A stretch of DNA of 64,000 nt from Candidatus Shapirobacteria bacterium (lineage in GTDB: Bacteria > Patescibacteriota > Microgenomatia > UM-FILTER-40-11): contig JAGVBK010000004.1 of NCBI GenBank assembly GCA_020059745.1, positions 26,932 through 90,931 of the forward strand, given 5' to 3'. Under the pieces are notes generated by a model. It did not search any database and had not been told where the DNA came from. It saw only the letters and a program-made list of their open reading frames with translations. Positions 54,117 to 61,178 of the stretch are shown here, piece by piece. The position numbers and the translations under genes are program-made. Position 1 is the stretch's first letter; every line of letters begins with the position of its first letter.

Positions 54117-55232
54117 ATGAAGTATCGGAGTTTTGGCAAGCTTGAGTATCAGCCTTCAGCTTTGGGGTTTGGAGCAATGAGGCTCCCTGTCTTAGGAGAC
54201 CCCCCAAGAATTGACGAAGAAAAAGCAATTAAAATGATTCACCGGTCAATTGAGGGCGGTGTCAATTATATTGACACCGCTTTTCCTTATCATAAAGGAG
54301 AAAGTGAAATCCTGGTCGGGAAAGCGCTTAAAGGCCAATACCGAAAAAGGGTAAAACTCGCCACCAAACTTCCCTCCTGGCTAGTAGAGGACAAAGCAGA
54401 CTTTGACAAGTTTTTAAACAAACAGCTTGAAAAATTGCAAACCGACCACATCGACTTTTACTTATTGCACAGCCTAGACAAAGAAAAATGGCAAAACCTT
54501 AATCGGCTTTCAGTCTTTTCTTGGGCGGAAAAAGCTGAAAAAGACGGAAGAATCGGTCATCTTGGCTTTTCCTTTCATGACCAGTATGAGGTTTTCAAAG
54601 AGATTGTTGACGGTTATGACAAGTGGACCTTTTGCCAAATTCAACTAAACTACATGGATGAAGATTTTCAAGCAGGGAAAAGGGGGCTAAAATATGCCTC
54701 CCAGAAAGGATTGGCCGTAGTGGTCATGGAGCCTTTAAAAGGAGGCAGGCTTGCCAACCCGCCAGAAGCTGTTAAGAACATCTTTGAAAGCGCCGGAAAG
54801 AAAACCCCGGTTGACTGGGCTTTGGGGTGGGTTTGGAGTCATCCAGAGGTTTCTTTGCTCTTAAGCGGCATGAGCAGCTTAGACCAAGTTGAAGAAAATC
54901 TTGCCATCGCTGACCGCTCGGCTGCCAACAGTCTTACGGAAAGAGACCTTAAAATAATCAAAAAAGCAAAGGAAAAATATCTTTCTTTCAAGCCTGTTCC
55001 CTGCACCGGATGTGAATACTGTCTTCCCTGCCCGCAAGCAATTAATATTCCCAAAATCTTTGAGATTTACAACGATGCAGTCATGTATGGCAATTTAAAG
55101 CAGGCAAAGGAACAATACCAAAGACTTAATGGCGTGGAAAATTGCTTAAAGTGCTTTCGCTGCGAAAAGCTCTGTCCTCAGGGTATAAAAATTACGGAGC
55201 AATTAAAAAAAGCCCAGGAGCTCTTGGCCTAA
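54117..55232 (+). CDS. aldo/keto reductase with a C-terminal 4Fe-4S-binding extension
   Basis: AKR core (GFGAMRLP, YIDTAFPYH, DFYLLH) and the C-terminal Cys clusters CTGCEYCLPCP and CLKCFRCEKLCP. Confidence 0.85.
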   Translation: MKYRSFGKLEYQPSALGFGAMRLPVLGDPPRIDEEKAIKMIHRSIEGGVNYIDTAFPYHKGESEILVGKALKGQYRKRVKLATKLPSWLVEDKADFDKFLNKQLEKLQTDHIDFYLLHSLDKEKWQNLNRLSVFSWAEKAEKDGRIGHLGFSFHDQYEVFKEIVDGYDKWTFCQIQLNYMDEDFQAGKRGLKYASQKGLAVVVMEPLKGGRLANPPEAVKNIFESAGKKTPVDWALGWVWSHPEVSLLLSGMSSLDQVEENLAIADRSAANSLTERDLKIIKKAKEKYLSFKPVPCTGCEYCLPCPQAINIPKIFEIYNDAVMYGNLKQAKEQYQRLNGVENCLKCFRCEKLCPQGIKITEQLKKAQELLA

Positions 55233-55369
55233 AAGCCGAGTATCCCCAACCTTGAAAGTGCAGCCCCAATCAGTCCAGCCACTAACCCGCACCAAAAAGG
55301 CAAAAGATTTAAAGAAGAAAAACCTTCTTTGTCAAAATCACAGCAAATCTTTAATTTTAGCTTTTTCAT
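55229..55369 (-). CDS. 46-aa hydrophobic ORF (tentative)
   Basis: Below the ORF-track cutoff, with translation MKKLKLKICCDFDKEGFSSLNLLPFWCGLVAGLIGAALSRLGILGF. Support comes from an upstream TTGACA (55414..55409) and the heptamer triple at 55421-55452. The RBS is weak. Confidence 0.3.
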   Translation of the reverse strand: MKKLKLKICCDFDKEGFSSLNLLPFWCGLVAGLIGAALSRLGILGF

Positions 55370-55420
55370 TTTTCTAAAGTAGCCCACCCTAACATCGGGT
55401 TAAAAAAATGTCAACAGGAA

Positions 55421-55452
55421 GTAAGGATTTTGTAAGAAAAAAATTGTAAGAG
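55421..55452 (-). promoter_or_regulatory. three direct heptamers (CTCTTAC aattttt TTCTTAC aaaa TCCTTAC on the minus strand)
   Basis: GTAAGGA at 55421-27 and GTAAGAA at 55432-38 are 11 bp apart, with GTAAGAG at 55446-52. It shares the 12-mer TTTTGTAAGAAA with the 42157-42168 site. Confidence 0.45.
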
Positions 55453-55497
55453 TTTTTTCTATGTTTACCTCTTTTTATTAGAGTTTTAGGAGAAATG

Positions 55498-55740
55498 TCA
55501 AGCTTTTTCTCTAATTAACTGAAAAAAGTTTTCAAAATAACGAGGAAAGACTTCTCCTGAGTAATACATTTTTCGGGAAAAGCTTAAGAGCTTTTCCACT
55601 AAATTTTTTTCCGTTCCCCTTGATTGGTACCACTTTTGCCTAAGATTGCTTTCAAGTGATTCCCAGTTGCTTTCTTTGGTAGTGTTCCAGATTTCATAGA
55701 CAAACTCTCGCGAAGCATTCATCCCAATCCCCTTATCCAC
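55498..55740 (-). CDS. hypothetical 80-aa protein
   Basis: Intact ORF overlapping the upstream gene by 22 nt. No motif recognised. Confidence 0.45.
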   Translation of the reverse strand: MDKGIGMNASREFVYEIWNTTKESNWESLESNLRQKWYQSRGTEKNLVEKLLSFSRKMYYSGEVFPRYFENFFQLIREKA

Positions 55741-56321
55741 AAACTTTGGTGGAAATCCAAAACGCAGTTCCAGCCTTTAAAGGAGAGATATTTTTTGGAA
55801 AGCGCTGTTTTTCCGCCGTTAGGATACCAGTTGTCATCAAGAAGAATTATTCCCTTAGGAGAGGTTTTGGGAAAAGCAAGCAAAAGTTCCTTAAGGTTAT
55901 GCTCCTGGGCTAAAGAAGCATCACCTTCCGGGATAGGGCCAAAGCTGTTAAGAAAAAGAAGATCGATTTTTTTGTCAAACTTCTCAATAAAACCTAAAGG
56001 GTCTTCACAGATATAAGTGATGTTTTCCGCATATTTCTTTGTTTCTGTTTTGGCCGTTTCAATAACCTCTTCGTTACTGTCGCAGGTCCAGAGGTGACCT
56101 CCATACCTTGATACAAATTCGCCAAAAACAATGGTTGAATTACCCTCCTTCCACCTATGACCCAAACTTCGGAGCGTCCCTGTTTTCACAATTGTTCGGC
56201 CGTCATTTTGTAAAAAAAGGTTTAAGGCGGCTTTAATAGTGGGAAACCTGCTTCCCAGCTTTTGCTCGTATTTTTTAAAAGGCCCGTTCCAATAAAGAAA
56301 TTCCCTTTCTTGTTCTTCCAT
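55719..56321 (-). CDS. putative class I SAM-dependent methyltransferase (Methyltransf_24-like)
   Basis: TIVKTGTLRSLG (a glycine-rich motif I variant) and an acidic loop, DLLFLNS...ILLDD. The assignment is tentative. Confidence 0.5.
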   Translation of the reverse strand: MEEQEREFLYWNGPFKKYEQKLGSRFPTIKAALNLFLQNDGRTIVKTGTLRSLGHRWKEGNSTIVFGEFVSRYGGHLWTCDSNEEVIETAKTETKKYAENITYICEDPLGFIEKFDKKIDLLFLNSFGPIPEGDASLAQEHNLKELLLAFPKTSPKGIILLDDNWYPNGGKTALSKKYLSFKGWNCVLDFHQSLWIRGLG

Positions 56322-56375
56322 GCCAAAAAACTAACAAAAAAGGTTATTAAAAATGACAATAACTTGTAAGGAAAA

Positions 56376-56990
56376 CTAAAGAAGATCCCAACCTCTTTTT
56401 AACCTGAAAAGTGCCCGATTGTATTCCGGACTTAAAACAAAATAGCCGTCACTGCTTAAAAGAGCAATTCCGTTCCCCAAAAAAGACCGGGCCATAAAAC
56501 CTTCAGGAGAGCGGTTAACTAAAATTAAGTTTTTACCTATTAAAAAGCCCCCCCTGCCCTGACTCTGGCAAGAAAGAGAATCAACTTTAGCCAGAAAAAA
56601 GCTGGTTTCATCAAAATAGGCTAAAGATAAATGTCCGGAACGCCTTAAACCTTCAATTCCTGAACCTTGCTGGTTTAGATAATCATGAACCTTGGCGTTT
56701 TGATTAAAGGAGTTAATCTTTCCCCACTGCACCGTTACTCCTTCCTCGGAGATGAAATAGTAAGCGGAAACACCCCTTTCCAAACAGAGCTTACCGGTTT
56801 TTTTAGGAGAGTTGTTGTCAAGATGAAAGACCAAAGACTGCCTTTCTGCTGGTTCCAAAGAGAGCCTGCTTAGAACTTTAACCAAGCTGAGGCCTTTTAC
56901 TGTAGGTAACATTCTGCCTTCAATCATTTTTGTACCCACAGAACTTCCGCAATTATTCCAAAACTCAAAATAAATTTCTTTTTCTTTCAT
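56376..56990 (-). CDS. hypothetical protein
   Basis: ORF track 56376..57068. The first 26 codons cross the terminator hairpin, so ATG 56990 (MKEKEIYFEFW) is preferred. Confidence 0.5.
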   Translation of the reverse strand: MKEKEIYFEFWNNCGSSVGTKMIEGRMLPTVKGLSLVKVLSRLSLEPAERQSLVFHLDNNSPKKTGKLCLERGVSAYYFISEEGVTVQWGKINSFNQNAKVHDYLNQQGSGIEGLRRSGHLSLAYFDETSFFLAKVDSLSCQSQGRGGFLIGKNLILVNRSPEGFMARSFLGNGIALLSSDGYFVLSPEYNRALFRLKRGWDLL

Positions 56991-56995
56991 ATTAA

Positions 56996-57025
56996 CGAAA
57001 AAGCCCCGACTTTTTAGCCGGGGCT
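56996..57025 (-). terminator. rho-independent terminator after the DUF134 gene
   Basis: Minus strand: AGCCCCG gctaaaaagt CGGGGCT TTTT. Confidence 0.6.
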
Positions 57026-57145
57026 CTTGGTTTCTTTTAAAAGACCTTATACCATAACCCCTTCCCATTTAAGGGAAATAAGGTTAAGGAGCAAAACTTT
57101 TGTAAACATAGAAGCAATTATATAAAAAAAGCAGAACAGTGGCAA

Positions 57146-57427
57146 TTAAGAAGACTCTTCAATTCTGATCGCCATCCCGTTAACAATGGCTTTGGCTACT
57201 TTGGAATGAGCGCTATCAATCAATCTGGCAAAAGTAGGCTGAGAAATTTTCATCATTCCCGCGGCTTTTGTCTGTTCATTTTCCTCAACATCATAAAGAC
57301 GCAAAGCCTCAAGCTCGTCAGGCTGAAGAACAACCTCATCAAGCAGCCTTAAAGGAATTCCCTGAGGCTTAAAATAATAAACATCAGGTTTAAATCTGAT
57401 GAGCCTTTTAACTCTTGGTCTTGGCAT
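57146..57427 (-). CDS. DUF134 (UPF0251) putative DNA-binding protein
   Basis: MPRPRVKRLIRFKPDVYYFKPQG...DELEALRLYDVEENEQTKAAGMMKISQPTFARLI matches the DUF134 pattern, with a sigma-70 region-4-like HTH. Confidence 0.85.
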   Translation of the reverse strand: MPRPRVKRLIRFKPDVYYFKPQGIPLRLLDEVVLQPDELEALRLYDVEENEQTKAAGMMKISQPTFARLIDSAHSKVAKAIVNGMAIRIEESS

Positions 57428-57479
57428 AGCTAATTATAGCAATTAAGGCAAACGGCCCTTATCTTAGGGCCGTTTACTT

Positions 57480-57725
57480 TTATTTGCCCGTCTCTCCTTC
57501 TTCGCTTTTAACATCCTCAAGCTCTTCTTCTAAAGCTTGGCGGTATTCGGAGAGAGCTTTTTTTTGCTCTTCCCTGGTTTGTGGCCAACTCCAGCCAAAG
57601 TATCTGCCCAAACCGCGACCTGCACCAAATCTTCTTCTCCATCCGAGGCCTAAACCGCATGGTCCAAAACCTCTTCCTGTACCTGGTCCTCTTCCAAGAG
57701 GGCCGGATCCGTCAAATCCTGGCAT
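57480..57725 (-). CDS. DUF5320-family Gly/Arg-rich protein
   Basis: MPGFDGSGPLGRGPGTGRGFGPCG... followed by a C-terminal coiled coil, which is the family signature. Confidence 0.8.
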   Translation of the reverse strand: MPGFDGSGPLGRGPGTGRGFGPCGLGLGWRRRFGAGRGLGRYFGWSWPQTREEQKKALSEYRQALEEELEDVKSEEGETGK

Positions 57726-57748
57726 TTTTATTCACCTCCTTAGGAATA

Positions 57749-57772
57749 TATTATGAATATATATTCATAATA
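57749..57772. promoter_or_regulatory. 24-bp perfect palindrome TATTATGAATATATATTCATAATA (candidate operator)
   Basis: Verified base by base around the centre between 57760 and 57761. It overlaps the -10 element and the predicted transcription start of the DUF5320-DUF134 operon. Confidence 0.6.
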
Positions 57773-57795
57773 CACCCACAGAAATTGATTGTCAA
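57767..57795 (-). promoter_or_regulatory. sigma70-type promoter of the DUF5320-DUF134 operon
   Basis: Minus strand: TTGACA (57795..57790), a 17-nt spacer, then TATTAT (57772..57767). The RBS AGGAGGTGA precedes ATG 57725. Confidence 0.6.
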
Positions 57796-57806
57796 GCTTT
57801 TTTGTT

Positions 57807-58418
57807 TTAAAACAAACGGAAAAGCCAACCAAAAATTCCGGGGTTATCTTCCTCAAAACTGATTCTTTCTTGCAAGGAAGTATTTTCTTGAACCAGTGCT
57901 TTAACCATTTCCTCAACCGTGCTAATTTCAGTCTGATTAACAAGTTTACTCTTCAGCTCTTCAAGCTTTGTTATTCTAACTTGGTTTTGCTCAACTTCCT
58001 GTCTAATATTTCTAATTGCCTTAAAATCAGGACCAATAACAGACCTTAACCAGCCTGGCCGTGTATCCAGCTTTCCTATGTGTTCCCGGATTTCCTCTTG
58101 GGCTTGGTTTTGAGAACGAGCTATTTCACTTACCTCCTCTCCTATCCCACCTTTCGGCGTGCCAGAGGCTAGTATTTCTTGCACTTTTTGGGAAACAATA
58201 TTCATATGTTCTTTTTCAACTCTGCTGTCCAAAAGTCCTTCTTCGTCTTGGGTTCTTACTTGGTTTTGCTCTTCATTTCTAACCTGAGCTCCTGTTACCA
58301 TCGGAGAAATCCTCAGCCTTTGCTGTTCTTGGGTCCTTGCCTCAGTTTGGGCAAGAGCAGTCCTTGCTAAAGTCAAGGAAAAGGCAAAAAGACTGACAAA
58401 CAAAAAAATTTTTCTCAT
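57807..58418 (-). CDS. secreted Gln/Glu-rich coiled-coil protein (hypothetical)
   Basis: Signal peptide MRKIFLFVSLFAFSLTLARTALA, followed by a helical QE-rich sequence. Confidence 0.6.
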   Translation of the reverse strand: MRKIFLFVSLFAFSLTLARTALAQTEARTQEQQRLRISPMVTGAQVRNEEQNQVRTQDEEGLLDSRVEKEHMNIVSQKVQEILASGTPKGGIGEEVSEIARSQNQAQEEIREHIGKLDTRPGWLRSVIGPDFKAIRNIRQEVEQNQVRITKLEELKSKLVNQTEISTVEEMVKALVQENTSLQERISFEEDNPGIFGWLFRLF

Positions 58419-58540
58419 CCTTCACCCCCTTTCTTAAAGCAATCCATTGCTTGAAAAATTTTAAAAATCTGGTAAATAGTATAGCATACACACCAAAGGC
58501 CTGGTTAAATAAAGTCATGCTATAATTCGTAAGAAATCTT

Positions 58541-60040
58541 ATGAAACCTGCCCAAATTAAGCAAAAATTATTAAAAAAACTTCCATCCGCATTGCCTCCG
58601 ATGATTGTGATCCTTCTGCTTTTTGCAGCTCGAAGTTACAGCTATCTTCTTTTCCATACTACTGTTGAAGCTTTCAGTTTTGTAATCGCCATATGCCTTT
58701 TTTTGTTTGCCTGGAATACCAGAAAAATTGTCAAAAATCATTTCTTTTTGTTTTTAGGTATTGTCTTTTTATATGTCGGGTTACTAGACTTCGTTCATTC
58801 TCTTTCTTACAAGGGAATGAACATATTCCAGGGGTTTGATGCCAATCTGCCTACTCAGCTTTGGGTAGCCGGAAGGTACATCCTTTCTGTCTCCTTTTTA
58901 ATTTCCCCTGTTTTTATTGAAAAGAAATTAAATTATAAATCAGCCTTTATTGCGTATACTACGGTAACCGTTTTAATCTTAATATCCATCTTTAAATGGA
59001 AGATTTTTCCTGATGCCTATATCGAAGGAGTCGGATTAACTGTATTTAAAAGAATAAGCGAGTTTGTGTTTTCCCTTGTATTCCTAGGAGCCATTTTAAA
59101 GTTAAATCGCAAAAGGGGAAATTTTGACCCAAAAACCTTCAGGCTACTTACTTATTCCTTGACCCTAAATATAATTGCCGGCCTGCTCTTCACTCTTTAC
59201 TTTGATGTTTATGACATCTTTAACATGCTTGGCCACACAATCAGGATGGGGGCTTATTATCTTGTTTATAAAGCCACCATTGAAATTGGTTTAACCCGTC
59301 CTTATAATCTTCTCTTTTTAGAACTGGAAAATTTAAACAAACGCAAGGATGAGTTTATCAACATCGCCGGCCATGAACTAAAAACACCGGTCACCAGTAT
59401 TAAGCTTTACTCACAACTGCTCGGAAAGGAGCTTTCTCGGGATTCGCAAAAAGTTTCCTTTGCCAATAAAATCGACTATCAGGCCGACAGAATGACCAGC
59501 CTCATAAATGAAATTCTTGACATAAGCAGGATAGAAAAAGGCAATCTCTCTCTTGAAAAAAGAGTGTTTGATATTAACGAATTGGCAAAATTGACTATTG
59601 ACGACATTAGACAAAACAACCCAAAACACAAGTTAATCTTCAAAGGCGGACGGCGAATTGAAATTAATGCCGACATCTTAAGAGTTAGTCAGGTGCTGAC
59701 AAATCTTATTAATAATGCCATAAAATATTCACCAGAAGGAAAAAGAGTTATTGTTGGCCTGCAGAAAAACGGGAAAGAAGTGGTAGCAAGTGTCAAAGAC
59801 TTTGGTGTTGGCATTCCTAAAACAGAACAAGAAAAGATATTTGATAAATTTTACAGGATAGAAAAAGAACAAAAAAACTCCAGCGGATTCGGCTTGGGGC
59901 TTTATATTGTGAAAGAGATAATTGAAGGCCACGGAGGCAAAATTTGGGTTGAAAGCAAAGAAGGAAAAGGCTCCACATTTTACTTCACCCTGCCCCTAAG
60001 CCCTTCTTCCTCTAAAACAAAGCCTTTTGAATTTCCATAA
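58541..60040 (+). CDS. membrane sensor histidine kinase (orphan; multi-TM N-terminal sensor domain)
   Basis: About seven N-terminal TM helices, H-box IAGHELKTPVTSI, N-box LINNAIKYS and G-boxes DFGVGI/GFGLGLYI. Confidence 0.9.
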   Translation: MKPAQIKQKLLKKLPSALPPMIVILLLFAARSYSYLLFHTTVEAFSFVIAICLFLFAWNTRKIVKNHFFLFLGIVFLYVGLLDFVHSLSYKGMNIFQGFDANLPTQLWVAGRYILSVSFLISPVFIEKKLNYKSAFIAYTTVTVLILISIFKWKIFPDAYIEGVGLTVFKRISEFVFSLVFLGAILKLNRKRGNFDPKTFRLLTYSLTLNIIAGLLFTLYFDVYDIFNMLGHTIRMGAYYLVYKATIEIGLTRPYNLLFLELENLNKRKDEFINIAGHELKTPVTSIKLYSQLLGKELSRDSQKVSFANKIDYQADRMTSLINEILDISRIEKGNLSLEKRVFDINELAKLTIDDIRQNNPKHKLIFKGGRRIEINADILRVSQVLTNLINNAIKYSPEGKRVIVGLQKNGKEVVASVKDFGVGIPKTEQEKIFDKFYRIEKEQKNSSGFGLGLYIVKEIIEGHGGKIWVESKEGKGSTFYFTLPLSPSSSKTKPFEFP

Positions 60041-60582
60041 GCAATAAAGCCGTTAAAATCAAGAATCGTCCCTTCTGTTTTTGAAGAATTAAAGTTTACT
60101 GCCGAAATTTCAGCTCCGGTAAAATTAGTATTTTTAAGATTGCAATTTTCAAAAACCGCACCTTTAAGGTTAGCATTCAAAAAACTTACTCCGGACAAAT
60201 CACAAGCAAAAAAGACAGAGTTTTCAAGCTCGGTTTTTTCAAAAACATTTCCCTTTAAGTCAAGCTTTTCTTTAATAAAACTGCTTCCTTCTTTAAGTTT
60301 CTGGAAAGTGCAGTTTATCATGATTGCTTTTGAAAAGTCGCAGCTTTCAAAACTTGTCTCGGAAAAATCAAGGTTACTTAACTTGCTTTCGGGAAAAAAA
60401 CAGCCAAAAAAGCTGGTCAGCTCAAAAAAGCAGCCGGAGAAATCACATAAGCTAAACTCGCAATTCTTAAAAGAAGTAAATTTAAGCTTGGCTCCGCCAA
60501 ATCGGCAGCTTAAAAAAGTATCTTTCTCAAAATCCTGTCCCTTTATCTCCTTTCCGGAAAAGACCTTGTTTTTATAAACCAC
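59980..60582 (-). CDS. pentapeptide-repeat protein
   Basis: Runs of A(D/N)LxX-type pentapeptides (FSGCFFELTSFFGCFFPESKLSNLDFSETSFESCDFSKA...). It overlaps the kinase 3' end by 61 nt. Confidence 0.8.
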   Translation of the reverse strand: MVYKNKVFSGKEIKGQDFEKDTFLSCRFGGAKLKFTSFKNCEFSLCDFSGCFFELTSFFGCFFPESKLSNLDFSETSFESCDFSKAIMINCTFQKLKEGSSFIKEKLDLKGNVFEKTELENSVFFACDLSGVSFLNANLKGAVFENCNLKNTNFTGAEISAVNFNSSKTEGTILDFNGFIAYGNSKGFVLEEEGLRGRVK

Positions 60583-60613
60583 CTTTTAATTTTATCATTA
60601 GACACCAAGAGAC

Positions 60614-61093
60614 TTAAGCTCTTGAAGTTTGTTTTTTAATTTTTTCAGCCCATTCTAAAGCTCTCTTAAGTTCTCCTTCTTCCAAAGGCCCTTCTTTGTC
60701 TCTAACCGCAAATCCCTCTGGCTCTAAAATTAAACTTCCTCCTTTTAATTTAAGAATTTTGGCAATGCGGGAAGCTGCATAACCAAGTACTTGTACTAAA
60801 AGCTTAAGGCCAAAGCCTTTGTCCTTAGCTAAAATTCTGGTATCAAAGGCGGTTACTTTAACTCCAGAAAGCGCATTCGGCTCAAGACCGCCTAAAAATT
60901 TCGCTACCGCCGGCGTTGGTCTTCCTCCATGGGTTGGCGAGCCAACAATAAAAAGGTCAAGAGCTTTTAAATCTTGCTTTTTGAGCTCTTTTATTTGAAG
61001 AAGCTTAACTTGGTTGGAAAAAGCTTCAGCTATGGCCCGGGCAACTTTTTCCGTGTTTCCGTAAACAGAATCATAAGCTATTAAAATGTTCAT
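60614..61093 (-). CDS. flavodoxin-family protein
   Basis: MNILIAYDSVYGNTEKVA FMN-phosphate loop and GSPTHGG. Confidence 0.82.
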   Translation of the reverse strand: MNILIAYDSVYGNTEKVARAIAEAFSNQVKLLQIKELKKQDLKALDLFIVGSPTHGGRPTPAVAKFLGGLEPNALSGVKVTAFDTRILAKDKGFGLKLLVQVLGYAASRIAKILKLKGGSLILEPEGFAVRDKEGPLEEGELKRALEWAEKIKKQTSRA

Positions 61094-61178
61094 AGTTTAA
61101 ATCTATCCTAAAAAGAGTCTTTGCTCAAGCAAAAAAAACAGCAGCTTCAAATAAAATAAATTAAAGTATAATTAAAAG

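Noticed and set aside
57484-57862. Plus-strand ORFs 57484..57756 and 57581..57862
   Set aside because: These are mirror-frame artefacts of the Gly/Arg-rich DUF5320 gene and its promoter region.
58529-58535. Single GTAAGAA heptamer between the -10 element (TATAAT 58521-26) and the ATG of the orphan histidine kinase
   Set aside because: It is only one heptamer with no partner in 11-bp register, and it lies in the opposite orientation to the other sites. It could be chance.
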